Below are positions 1 to 12,210 of a stretch of DNA of 55,245 bases, in pieces; within the stretch, counting starts at the first letter, position 1, and every line of letters begins with the position of its first letter. The notes beneath the pieces were generated by a model. It was given only the letters and a program-made list of their open reading frames with translations. It was not told the DNA's origin and made no database searches. Origin of the DNA: Octopus sinensis (lineage: Eukaryota); contig NW_021833725.1 of the NCBI RefSeq assembly GCF_006345805.1, positions 1-55,245 on the forward strand, given 5' to 3'. Made by a program: the position numbers and the translations under genes.

Positions 1-267
1 ATTCAATGCAGTATGCGTGGAGGAAAGAATTCGCTCTTTTGATAAATAATGTAAAAACACTATATTTTCCCATAGCTGGCTCCTATGAGATACCCCGGCG
101 CGTTTCTAGCTCTTTATGCGTTATCAATGGGAAATACTGAAGGGAGCTAACACTTTGCAGGTTTCAGTTAAGTCCTTAGCTGTAATTAAAAACACTGTCA
201 CGAACACACGTTTTAACTAAACTCAAGTACGTTTATGCCGAAACGTGGCTTTTTGCGTATGCTTGTA

Positions 268-410
268 TGTGTAGCTGTTTAGTTAGAAGATTCCTTCTCT
301 ACCACTGTGCTCCGGGTTCAGATCCACCGCGTGAACTTTTGCCAATAGTCTACTACTCTACCAAAGACTTGCATGTGGATTTGATATACGGAAACCGAAG
401 CGAAGGAAAA
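268..410 (+). mobile_element. Diverged SINE-B 5' half
   Basis: ccgggttcagatccaccgcgtg...accaaagacttgcatgtggatttgatatacggaaac matches the head and body of the full copy at 12759-13200. Confidence 0.55.
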
Positions 411-420
411 ACATGTATAT

Positions 421-439
421 TATATATATATATATATAT

Positions 440-506
<67 letters not shown>

Positions 507-530
507 TATATATAATATATATATATATAC
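421..530. repeat. (TA)n microsatellite
   Basis: Direct reading. Confidence 0.97.
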
Positions 531-532
531 AG

Positions 533-690
533 TTGAAATTCACAGAAAAACAAAAGACGGAGACAGGTGTACAAACAACAAGCAGGTGTTTTAGTTTGAT
601 GATCGAGTAAGTGAGAAAGTTGTTCACGTTTCGAGCCTACGCTCTTTAACAGAAAGGAACACGAGGAAACAGAGAGAGAATAAAGAAAAA
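533..690 (-). mobile_element. Repeat with a degenerate hammerhead-like core, possibly a Penelope-like element terminus
   Basis: Minus strand ttaaaGAGC-gtag-GCTC-GAAAC at 626-650 resembles the minimal CUGANGA-stemII-GAAA motif of PLE termini, but the CUGA core is mutated; abuts (TA)n. Confidence 0.35.
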
Positions 691-763
691 CTTGTGGAAA
701 TAAGTGTTTCTGTGTGAATGTACGTGTGTATGAGGCTGGAAGACTACGTTATTATAGCCGATT

Positions 764-804
764 GTCCTCTCTGTGTTTAGCCCCTTTTGGGTAGTAAGGA
801 AATA
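764..804 (+). mobile_element. 41-bp 5'-truncated SINE-A 3' end with 16-bp TSD
   Basis: gtcctctctgtgtttagccccttttgggtagtaaggaaata matches the SINE-A tail; flanked by gttattatagccgatt at 748-763 and 805-820. Confidence 0.85.
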
Positions 805-984
805 GTTATTATAGCCGATTTTCAGATTTATTACTTACTTTTGAAAAATGCATATTTTGCGAATGAAAAAAAAAATTAGATCCTCGACTTGTCACCTATC
901 CCAAAATTTCAAGGCCTTGTGCTTATGGCAGATGTACTTGCATAGCAAATGACCTGATCTGAGATCGTGTGCTGGAACGAAAAC

Positions 985-1124
985 AATTGCAACATGGAAG
1001 TTGTTTATAAGCCATTTAAGAAACACACAAAAACCGTTAGAGTCACTCCTACATTTAAATTTAATTTGTCAGAATTTTCCGTCGCTTTGAGACCGCGACT
1101 GTTCGCTGACAAAATTCCGTGATG

Positions 1125-1128
<4 letters not shown>
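985..1128 (+). repeat. Unclassified interspersed repeat E, copy 1
   Basis: Reverse-complement homolog at 17992-18140 (gtcgctttgagaccgcgac...ctgacaaaattccgtgatgcata). Confidence 0.7.
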
Positions 1129-1178
<50 letters not shown>

Positions 1179-1228
1179 CATACATAAGTATATGTATGTA
1201 TATATATGCATACATAAGTATATGTATA

Positions 1229-1262
<34 letters not shown>

Positions 1263-1470
1263 CATATATTTATACATGCATGTATATATACGAATGCATA
1301 TGCATACATACATATTAGATATTGCAAGTACAATCGCACACTATTTTCAACTTTCGCCCTGACAGTACATATATTCATATATACATGTATTACATGCATA
1401 TTCAGTTATGTATATGTATATGCATAACTATTTTATTATCTATCTATCAATATATATCATACATACATAT

Positions 1471-1518
<48 letters not shown>

Positions 1519-1528
1519 TGTATATATG

Positions 1529-1582
<54 letters not shown>

Positions 1583-1720
1583 GCTCTATGCACTCACGCG
1601 CTCTTCTTTCTGCACACGCAGACGACATACTCTGTCTATAGATATGAGTGTGTTGTGTGTGCATGTGTGAGTTTCTATGTGTAAATATGTGCATGTGTGT
1701 GTGTGTGTGTGTGTGTATGT
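1129..1720. repeat. Compound (TA)n/(TG)n microsatellite field
   Basis: Direct reading. Confidence 0.9.
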
Positions 1721-1824
1721 TTCATTTTCCAATGTAATCAATATGGCATGTCATGCGCAATAGCCATATTTCATGTGGTTCCATATAAAAGGCAAGGTTA
1801 TATTGTCGGATGCTTGAGTACTCC

Positions 1825-1864
<40 letters not shown>

Positions 1865-1932
1865 ATTATATATATATAACCGTTATCAATCTAGCTAACT
1901 CTCCTCATTCCCACACCGCAGCATCCACATAC

Positions 1933-2094
1933 ATCCTGTAACCGAGTCTTTCCTGTATCAAAAATTGAACAGCCGCCATTAATATGTACTGGAGGAGATT
2001 CTTGCAATATCATTGGTTTCATCTGACGTGACTTTGACATAACGATTCCAAATAGCATTTTCAGCTCCTCCAGTCTATTACACTGGATTCCCAT
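1933..2094 (-). CDS. Candidate first coding exon (54 aa, MGIQCNRLEELK...KTRLQD), product unknown
   Basis: Non-repetitive sequence; gaagATGG start context; open frame ends at a phase-0 GAT|gtatgt donor; no homology recognised. Confidence 0.25.
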
Positions 2095-2369
2095 CTTCGT
2101 CTTCTTGCTCGTCTTGTTATCATTCTACGTCACTGTTTTCTGCTTGATGTTCCGATCGTTTCTCTCTCTAGTCGATGATGTCGCTGATGTTTTCATTGTA
2201 TCAGAATTCACAGCATTTGTCACCCACTCACTCACTCACTCTCTTTCTCTCTCTCACACACACTCTCTCTCACTCACTCACTCTCACCCACTCATACACT
2301 CACTTTCGCTCCCTCACTGCTGCATCTCTATTTCACCCTCTCTCTGTCTCTCACTATTTCTTTTCTCTA

Positions 2370-2675
2370 AGTATATATGTATACGTACACACACACACAC
2401 ACACACATATATACACGTATATATGTGTATGTGTGCATGCATATACATGTATATACATATATACATTTATATATATATACACGCATACACATACATATGA
2501 ATACATGTGAATTCATCTCTTCCTCCCTATTTTCTTCTCTTATTTTCTCAAAAGCATCCTCTCTCTACATCTCTATAGGTATGGGTAAATATATTAATAC
2601 CCGTGTATGTGTGCTTGTGCGTGAGCGTATGTGTGTGTATATGTACGGATGTGGTTATGTGGGTAATAATGTGTT

Positions 2676-2726
<51 letters not shown>

Positions 2727-2727
2727 G

Positions 2728-2792
<65 letters not shown>

Positions 2793-2805
2793 GTATATAT
2801 GTATA

Positions 2806-2865
<60 letters not shown>
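2370..2865. repeat. (CA)n/(TA)n/(TATG)n microsatellite field
   Basis: Direct reading. Confidence 0.9.
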
Positions 2866-2868
<3 letters not shown>

Positions 2869-3971
2869 GCAGTGTGTATGCATAAAGACAAATTGGAACT
2901 CTCCTGTTAAAAAGTGATATTTATTTATTGAACGTTTCGTTTTACAAAGCTAACATTTTTTTTGTTTTTTTTTTGGCACCCGCTACGTTATTTTCTATAG
3001 TTTCTCCTTCTAATTTCCTGCCACCGTTCATATCTGTACAGTTAATGTTGCTATCAGGCAAATTTGTTGACTGATACAGCTATTAATGCTTTCATTACCC
3101 CCAACCATACTTCTGCCACTGATTGAGAGGCACTAGCGCAAGTGTTACAACAAAACTGGCGAATTTTCACTCCATCAATGCCACTTCTTGCCTTACACAC
3201 AACAGAAGAAGCTTACTATCAGGTTTTAAGTATATATCCAGAAGAGTTCTTAGTCATTTAGGCTATGCTACCCATACACAAATTTATGAAGTTCAAGTTT
3301 TACTCTCACTTCCTTGCATTTTGGTTTTTCAGCCAATATTTGAAGAAATTAATAGCTTGATAAGAGTAATTTACTTGCTAGTTACAAAGAAAATTCTCGT
3401 ATTTCTCGGAAGCAAAGTACAGCTTTTGATATGTGACTTCGCTTCAATAACTATCATCAGCCTGGACACGCCTTTCAATTTTAGCAGGTATCATCAGTAT
3501 AACTGTTGTGTGGACGGCCCCCAGATGATGAAGTAGGCTAGCCCAATACGTAGGTATAGAGGGAGAAGTCTAGACGTCGGGGAGAGTTGGGTTGAGTAGA
3601 GGTCTTTCGAACGTGCGACATAACTGTAGCGACGAGGATTTCGTAGCTCACACAGCCATTGTGTAATATTGTGACATAATAATATTATCCTTCCCGCTTG
3701 TGAACTGATTTAAGCATCTAAACTTATTTAAAATGACATGAGACCGTTTCTTGCCCTTATTAAAATGAAAAGGAGGTGAGAGACGATGTCTTACAGAGTT
3801 CGATGGCAAGTATTCGAAGAAAATCAATGCTTCGTATATTATATGCAGTAATCGATACATTCTTAATCGATTTGAATTGCTTTTTATTTTTATTTTTATT
3901 TATTTTAATTATGTTTTTGCTAGAAGTCGTGAGCTAAAACTTTCGATAGAGTAGATATGAATGGAAGAAAC

Positions 3972-4270
3972 AGTTCTGGGGTCAGTCCTACTGCGTGGCA
4001 AGTGTCTTCTACTCTAGCCTTGGGCTGACCAAAGCCTTGTGAGTGGATTTGGTAGATGGAAACTGAAAGAAGCCCATATATGTGTGTATGTGTGTGTGCG
4101 CGTCCGTGTGTGTGTGTCTGTCTGTTCTCCCAACATCGCTTGGCAACCCATACTGGTGTGTTTACGTCCCAGTAACTTATTGTTTCGGCAAAAGAGACCG
4201 ATAGAATAAGTACTAGGTTTACAAAGAATAAGTCCTGGGGTCGATTTGCTCAACTGAAACAAATAAAAGA
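3972..4270 (+). mobile_element. SINE-B, 5'-truncated
   Basis: Matches 12759-13200 including internal (TG)n and gatagaataagtactagg...tgaaac tail. Confidence 0.85.
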
Positions 4271-4339
4271 ATGTATGTATATATATTATACATATATCTA
4301 TATATCTATATATCTATATTTATATCTATCTATCTATAT

Positions 4340-4390
<51 letters not shown>

Positions 4391-5308
4391 TGTCTACAAG
4401 AAGAGTAGTGAGTGACAATGACTTCGAAGTTTCGGCATGCAAGATTTAATTAGACTGTCCAAAGACCAGCTGGCCGCAACTTTGAATTCCCTGTCACTAC
4501 TGCTAATCTCGTAAATGTATGATAAATATGTATTGTACCAAACGCAAAAAGTATTGACTAATGGTTTGGTTTATTGTACAAGTGTCTTTATTAGAACTCA
4601 ACATAAAAGCAAATATTAATGTGCGTGAGCACGTGCTTGTGTGTGTGTGTGTGTGTGTGTTTGTGTGTTTGTGTGTGTGGTTGTGTGTGTGGTTGTGTGT
4701 TCGTGATGTCTGTTGTTGTTTCATTATGCTCTGTAAATAAAAACAGTTTATTTGCATTCGAAGGAGAAATGTTACAATAGAAGTTGTTGGCCGGTAAATT
4801 TGAATTTCTTAACCGAACAATTAATATTTTCCTTGCAGTCATATCACTACTTACTGGAGATCTTTGCCCTTTAATTATATACATCTGAGAGCTTTAGGAT
4901 CAAACAATTCTTACACTCAATTTATTAAAACCGGAAAACGTCATAGGTGACAATTAATATCAAAGCATCTTTGCACTTTACCAATTCTATTGTAAGTAAT
5001 GTCAAATAGAACCGATGCAAGATTCTTCGAGTATTGTTCCGTTATTGTTCTCGTGAACTTAGAAGATGGATTCGGTACAGATGGGCTGTAATTGTTTGCG
5101 TTAATTTTAAAGTTCCCGAGAACTTTAAGATCACGTGCATAACTAGAATATTACTCACATGAATACCAATTTCTTATATAAGCACAATTCCTCATATTTT
5201 AGGGTAAATAATTCTTGAATTACATGGGCTGAAAGTCAAGGAGTAAAACGATTTAAAAAGAGTTTGTGCGTGACTGCTGCTGATGCGAGTTAGACACAGA
5301 TTGGAGTA

Positions 5309-5388
5309 TACTCTTTTACTTGTTTCAGTCATTTGACTGTGGCCATGCTGGAGCACCGCCTTTAGTCGAGCAAACCGACCCCGGGGCT

Positions 5389-5419
<31 letters not shown>

Positions 5420-5554
5420 TCAGTTTCCGTCTACCAAATCCACTCACAAGGCTTTGGTCGACCCAAGGCTATAGTAGAAGTCACTTGCCCAAGGTGCCAC
5501 GCAGTGGGACTGAACCCGAAACTATGTGGTTGGTAAGCAAGCTACTTACCACAC
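5309..5554 (-). mobile_element. SINE-B with internal deletion
   Basis: Reverse complement of the SINE-B tail and head joined through (TA)n. Confidence 0.85.
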
Positions 5555-5743
5555 AAAAAAACTCTGCAACATATTTCATCGACCCGGTTGAGATTCTATG
5601 AAGTGCGGTTGATTAACAGAATACTCAGTTCGTTTGATAGCATGGAATTATGACCGTATAGGCCCTTTTTCAAAAATCCTGCCACGGTCAATTTGCATTT
5701 TGTGAATAATGACATCGATAAAGTAAGGTATCAGTCAAATGTT

Positions 5744-6047
5744 GGTTGTTCCCTCTCAAGCCTTCCCTGGCTCATAAAGGATTGTTTCCCGCTTTCATTT
5801 GTGTATAGGTTCCCCACCTGATTGGGATGCCGGTCCGTCGCAAGTGAGCTGCTAGATGCAGGAGGAAAGAGTGAGAGAAAGGTGTGGCGAAAGAGTCAGC
5901 AGAATCTCACCGTTACCATCTGGCGGAGCCGCGTGGGGCTTAAGTCTTTTTTGCTCATAAACACACACATCACCCGGTCTAGGATTCGAACACATGATTC
6001 CTCGACCGCGAGTCTGTTGTTCTAACCACTAGGTCATGTGCCTCCAC
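5744..6047 (-). mobile_element. SINE-C (tRNA-derived) with TSD, nested in an old SINE-A
   Basis: Minus-strand head gtggaggcacatgacctagtggttag...gttcgaatcc (Pol III A/B boxes); TSD cagtcaaatgtt at 5732-5743 and 6047-6058; the flanks rejoin into a decayed SINE-A. Confidence 0.8.
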
Positions 6048-6945
6048 AGTCAAATGTTAGTATCGAAAAAATCAACTGCTTCCTCCACAGAAATTTGGGC
6101 CCTTTTAACTATGGTAAAAATCAATATTAGTGAAAACATTGTATTGACAAGGATTTAGTAACGCTTAGCTTACACGTAGCAATTAGCTTGTTCACGAGTT
6201 CAAACGCGTTAATATCATCTTCACCACTCTTCGATGTAATTGATTTATCCCTACTCTAAAATGCCAGGCCTTGTGCCCATAATATAAACGATTATTATTA
6301 CTATTATTATATGCTATTATGTTTAGAGAACTCCACCTGGAAGTTCATTTCTTCCAGGATTAATTTTAAAGTATTTTGAGGTTGTTGTTAAAGAAAAAAT
6401 GTTTCGTTGAATCATTGACATTTTTTTTTCAGCTGTAAATATTTTTACCATTAGCCGTTTGCATTATTTACTCATGTTGAAACATGCCGCCTCAGAAGTA
6501 GCAAAACAAGGTGCCTATCACAATGATGGTAACAATATCCTTAAAAAACATAAACAAACATAGGGGTCCACACACAAAAGTACTTACGGTTTTACAATGA
6601 AAAAGGATAAAAAAAAGAGAATAGTGTTTAAAAGCATTAATTTGAACTGAAAAAATAAACAGTATAAACGGAACAACCAGCAATGACAACAGCGTTAACA
6701 GAAGAACTTTTTATCTTTTGCAAATGTCGTGAGTCATAAGAAGCTTTAAATACGAACCAACACACGCAAAGAGGAATGCATGGAAAAACCTACTCTAATT
6801 TGTACAGAATGGGTAACGACTGAAATGAACATGGAATTAGCCAATACAATTTGTCGGTCATTGATAAACTGAAACACAAGTGAGGTACTGTTGTCGGTTT
6901 AATCCCCTTACGCGCTTACCATAATATCCTGTCCTTGTGCCTAAA

Positions 6946-7573
6946 TTATTATAGAAGCAAAGCTCAGGCTTGGTCTTTTCCTGATAGGATTCATGTAGGT
7001 AGTGGGTTACTACCAGTAACCTTAGGTATCCACACGTTTTCGGAAGTCTTTCAAGTGCTTAGAACCCTCCTGATAATCTTTGCTATCCCTAAGAGGCAAA
7101 CTTTCAGTAGGAGCTCTAACAGGCATTCTATATCATGCCCCTTCAACCATTTGTCCATATCTTGGCTTACTGTTCCCAATGCACTAATTATTATAGGCAA
7201 CACCTTTACTGTTCGCATGCTCCAGATTCTTCCTACTTCAAATTTTAAGGGATTGTATTTCTTTTGTTTTTCTTCCTTTTTCTTACAAACCTGGAATCAA
7301 AAAAGTATGATGGATCGATTAGTAAGCAACTTCGCTTTTCCGTATCTATGATAGTAATATCTGGTCCCTTATTTTCCAATGTTCTTGTCCGTTTAAATAG
7401 GAAAGTTCTACAAAATGTTATATTTCTCCAACTCTAGTACTCTTTTCGACACGATGATTTTACCATGTGTTTCCCGCTTCAAATTCCCATTTCTGGCACA
7501 ATTTCCAGTGTAAAACTTTTACGACCTGGTCGTACTTCCATTTCTTATATTCTTCTTGTGCCAACTTAGAGCA
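6946..7573 (-). pseudogene. 3' end of an R4/Dong-like non-LTR retrotransposon (restriction-like endonuclease), frameshifted, plus 3' UTR
   Basis: Manual minus-strand translation: CSKLAQEEYKKWKYDQVVKVLHWKLCQKW...GPDITIIDTEKRSCLLID...KYNPLKFEVGRIWSMRTVKVLPIIISALGTVSQDMDKWL...LLLKVCLLGIAKIIRRVLST* (stop at 7051-7053), the typical RHD/PD..D/ALG/LLGTA RLE C-terminus. Confidence 0.85.
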
Positions 7574-8049
7574 AAATGTACTTTTTGATGATCAAATACA
7601 CCAGCATTGAATCAACGTCTAGTAAAGCACTCACCGGTGTATATAAGAGACTTCGCCATGCAGCGAAAGCCGATTGAGTTCACAAGGGCATCTTGATTGT
7701 CATGATGCTAAAACATAGTGGATTCTTATCCTTTTTGGGTGGTCGATACTATTGCATGTGTCATAAAATTTAAATCTGTTTTACGATAAGTTATTACGAT
7801 TTTGTCGGAAACCTCCCGCTACACACATATGCGCACGCGCACAGATGTGTGTGTGTACTTCGTCACAAGTTTTGTTACATCATTTCTAGTCAATAACGTA
7901 ACAAAAAATTTATACCTTACACATGTTTACGTAAACCCCAGCAAAAATTATAACCTGCCTTTCTAATTTCCTTTTTATGTCCCTGTGACAAATGAAGTCA
8001 ACACCGTGATTATCATGATAAAGATGATAATTATCACTATTATTACTAA

Positions 8050-8469
8050 AGCGGTGAGGCGGCAGAATCGTTAGCAAGCCGGACAAAAAATGCTTAACAG
8101 TGTTTCGCTCGTTTTTACGTTCTGACTTCAAATTCCGCCGAGGTCGACTTTGCATTTCTTCTTTTTGGAGTAAATAAATTTAGCACCAGTGAAACACTGG
8201 GGTTGATTTAATCGACTAGTCTCCCTCCACCAAAATTTCAGGACTTATCCCTTTAGGCGGCGAGGTGGCTAAATCGTTAGCAAGCCGGGCAAAAAATGCT
8301 TAGCGGTATTTCGCCTCGTCTTTATGTTCTGAGTTCAAATTTCGCCGTGATCGAATTTGCCTTTCATCCTTTTGGAATCGATAAATTAAGCACCAGTGAA
8401 ACACTGAGGTAGATATAATCGACTACTCCTCTCCGCCAAAATTTCAGGCTTGTGCCTATAGCAGAAAGG

Positions 8470-8501
<32 letters not shown>

Positions 8502-8650
8502 CATTATCATTACTACTACTACTACTACTACTAAGGCGCAGAGCTGGCAGACTCGTTAGCACGCCGGGCAAAAAACTAAGTAGCATTTCGCCCCACGCTA
8601 CGTTCTGAGTTCAAATTCCTCCGAGGTCAACTTTACCTTTCATCCTTCAG
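8050..8650 (+). mobile_element. Three head-to-tail SINE-A copies with (ATT)n tail
   Basis: Heads ggcggcgagctggcagaa-like at ~8050, 8256 and 8534, each with B box gagttcaaattcc. Confidence 0.88.
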
Positions 8651-8699
8651 TAGGAAGGATTATTATTTTCTGTTCTAGGCACACAGGCCTGAAATTAAG

Positions 8700-9029
8700 T
8701 ACGCAACTGGTACTTAATTTAACGACCTTGAAAGGATGAAAGGCAAAGTCGACCTCGCAGAATTTGAACTCAGAACGTAGCGGCAGATGAAATACCTATT
8801 TCTTTACTACCCACAAGGAGCTAAACACAGAGGGGACAAACAAGGACAGGCAAACGGATTAAGTCGATTGTATCGACCCTAGAGTTAACTGGTACCTATT
8901 TAATCGACCCTGAAAGGATGAAAGGCAAAGTCGACCTCGGCGGAATTTGAACTCAAAACGTAGCGGCAGACGAAATACCGCTAAGCATTTCGCCCGACGT
9001 GCTAACGTTTCTGCCAAGCTCGCCGCCTT
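8700..9029 (-). mobile_element. Dimeric SINE-A, inverted relative to the cluster to its left
   Basis: Reverse complement of the SINE-A head ends at 9029; internal junction gaaatacctatttc at 8789-8802. Confidence 0.9.
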
Positions 9030-9757
9030 GACAATTATTATTATTATTATTAATATTTTCACTATCTTAAGTATATCAATATGAAGCAATTTTTTTCTCT
9101 AAAATATTCAGAGATGTTTATTAAATAGTGAACTTCGCTAACATCATCTACATTCAATTATTTTCAAAAATAACCTTCTGATAAAAAAAAAAAAAACAGC
9201 ATTTAACTTCTTACCCTCAAATTGACATTGATTTAATTTAATTCTCAGTGACAAAATGCTACAATTTTAGTTGTCGACTCCTTTCACTGAACGCTCCATT
9301 CAACATCTGAAAAATACACGCAATATTTAGAGAAACAGCATTTTAGCACGGGTAGTTGAGCAAAGAGCATTTCTTCAGGTTACAAGCTTCGCATTTTCCT
9401 TTTTCTGTATATATTTAGTATTCCCTAACCCTGTCACCCTTAACCACGCCATACTTTCAATTAAACATCTGCTAAACATCATTTTTGTTTGTATAGGTGT
9501 TTCTCGTCTGTTCAAATGTTTAATTCATTTTTCTAACACGAACCCTAAACCTTAACCCTCACCCCTTTATGTCTCCCGCTCGACATCCAAATCTAGTTTT
9601 CATCTATTTAGCAAGCACATTTTATAGTTGCTTCTTTTCTTCTTTCTCTTTCTATTTTTTTTTTTCAGGTTGAATTTTTTTATTTTCGTTTTTATTTCTT
9701 ACCACTTCATCCTAAACATGTATACATACTTGGATACGCACACACACATACATAATA

Positions 9758-9805
<48 letters not shown>

Positions 9806-9938
9806 TACCCACAGATAGATACATAGATAAATGAATATATATGAATGTATATCTATGTATATTAAACATGTATGTGTCTATGAGTATATAAATATGCACA
9901 TGGAATGTATGTATGCGTGTGTGTGTATATATGGAATA

Positions 9939-9989
<51 letters not shown>

Positions 9990-10047
9990 AAAATATGTAG
10001 ACATGTATATATATATATAAAAACAAAATATGTAGACATATATATAT

Positions 10048-10348
10048 GTTACGACGACGAGGGTTCCAGTTGAGCCGATCAACGGAACAGCCTGCTCGTG
10101 AAATTAACGTGCAAGTGGCTGAGCACTCCACAGACACGTGTACCCTTAACGTAGTCCTCGGGGGAGATTCAGAAACTGGAAGAAATAGTGAGAGAAAGTT
10201 GTAGTGAAAGAGTACAGTGGGGTCCCCCCCCACCTTGAGCTTTAGGTATTTTCACTCGATAAATACTCACAACGCTTTGCCTGGCAATCGAAACTGCGAT
10301 CCCACGACTGCGAGTCCGCTGCCTAACCACGGGGCCATTACGCCTCCA
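10048..10348 (-). mobile_element. SINE-C with tail type 2 (internally deleted)
   Basis: Shares gttacgacgacgagggttcc...cccttaacgtag tail and the tRNA head with 27307-27692. Confidence 0.88.
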
Positions 10349-10376
10349 CACACACACACAACACACACACACACAC

Positions 10377-10420
<44 letters not shown>

Positions 10421-11243
10421 CCCACAACTTTGTTATATATATATATATATATATATATGGATTACAGATACACGCACACACACAGATGCACACACGTACC
10501 CACATGCATACATACATACACCATTTTTTTACAGAACATACACACATACATATACACATATAAAGAAAAAAGCAAGCGAAAATATTTTTATTTCCTGACA
10601 TTTTGATTAAAATAAAAACCGAGCCCTGTCTCTGGTCTGCTATCAAGTAAGACCCATAAAACCCGAACCAGAGGCCATTCCAGTTCCATCTTTCATTAAC
10701 GTTGAAATTTAACATCCAAGTTAATCAACCATATTCTCTGCGTGCGTGTGAAGTCTGTCGTTTTGTTATACAGCATCTGATACGTAATATGAAATTGAAT
10801 ATCCTGTTGAAAAGCCATGCCTTTTCGATATGATCTTCAGTACACATCCCATTTAATTGTTTATGTATGGGAATAAATAAATCTATATACGTGTTATAGA
10901 GAAGCTATTCACATTTGAAACTATAACTAACTATTTGTGCGTACGTGTGGACTTTCGTATTGTATGTGTGTAATTGTGTGCGCCGCGGTATCAAAGTGAC
11001 AGAATCGGTAAAGCTGTGATTAAATTCACTAGCGATTCTTTCGTTCCGTTCTGAATTCAAATTCCAACTCAGCTGTCTTTGACTTTAATCCCTATGGTGT
11101 TCAATAAAAATTTATTATTCGATATAACGGCATTTGCCAAATCTTCTTTGAGTTTGTAGCCGAGGACAGCAATTAATATTGCTTGTTTTGGCGTTGTTTG
11201 GATGAAAGTGGTATTGTGGTAACTGGTAAAATATATAGGTTTA

Positions 11244-11660
11244 TCTTTTATCTTTTAACATTGACTTGTTTCAGTCATTACACTGAGGCCATGCTGGAGC
11301 ACCGCCCTGCAGATTTTAATAGATGAAATCGATTCTAGTGTCTATTTTGTTGTGTAGAAATCTATTGGTTTCTAAGTTATGGAGACATAAATATACCAAT
11401 TGTCAAGTGGTGGTGAGGGGAAAATATGCACACACACACACATACACACACACACATGCATATAGAACGCATACAGACACGCACACACATATATACATAT
11501 ATATGATGGTTTTCTACATAGTTTCCGTCCAGCAAATTCACTCACAAGATATTAGTGGGCCCGGGGCTATAGTAGAAGACATGCAAGACACACACCGAGA
11601 AGTGGGATTGAACAAGAAACCTCGTGTTTCAAAACAACCTTTATAACCACACAGTCATAT
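11244..11660 (-). mobile_element. Diverged SINE-B
   Basis: cttgtttcagtcatt...gccatgctggagcaccgcc tail through ggctatagtagaagac body. Confidence 0.75.
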
Positions 11661-11671
11661 AAATAAATAAT

Positions 11672-11922
11672 AAATGCGCCCTTTTTAAATCCTAGCCAGG
11701 CTCATGGGCCCGGTTTCCCGGTTTGTATGGATTATGTGTTCTCCAGCTGGACGGGACACCAGTTCATCGCAGCGTTACTCATTTTTGCCGGCTGAGTGGA
11801 CTGGAGCAACGTGAAATGGAGTGTTTTGCTCAAGAACACAACGCGTCACCCGTTCCAGGAATCGAAACCACAATCTTAAGATCATGGTGCTGACACCCTA
11901 ATCATTAAGCCACACGACTCCA
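11672..11922 (-). mobile_element. SINE-D with tail type 1 and TSD
   Basis: tRNA head (gtttcgattcc B box), central gttgtgttcttgagcaaaacac...gctccagtccactcagc domain; near-perfect TSD acacag(t/c)catataaata. Confidence 0.8.
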
Positions 11923-12025
11923 CACACAGCCATATAAATAATATTATACAGGGAAATAAATAAACTGAAACAGTTGTATCGGTGCATTCCTAAGTTTGTG
12001 TAATATATTTTTATCGGACCAGCAA

Positions 12026-12210
12026 TTATGGATTAAATATTTTAGTCCATTTCAGATACATCTTTGAGTACTTCATTCCAAGTAGCCGGACATAGCTTCT
12101 TTTGAACTTGTCGCTACTAGTAGCGTAAACGAAGTGAAATGACTTCAAAAGGAATTTATATCCGTCTAGTTTCCGCTTTTCAGTGTCGTCTTTTTCAAAA
12201 TCTCTCGCTA
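12026..12210 (-). CDS. Candidate exon (ARDFEKDDTEKRKLDGYKF...), product unknown
   Basis: Minus-strand acceptor ttttttccag ends at 12211; open frame to a stop at 12026; phase-compatible with 15041-15080. Confidence 0.2.

Noticed and set aside
3123-3536. 137-aa ORF in non-repetitive sequence
   Set aside because: Non-ATG start, no recognisable motif or splice support; may be decayed transposon DNA
6935-7351. 138-aa plus-strand ORF
   Set aside because: Antisense shadow of the minus-strand RLE retrotransposon remnant
9421-9570. ccctaacc-like words as interstitial telomere
   Set aside because: Only a few degenerate, non-tandem units
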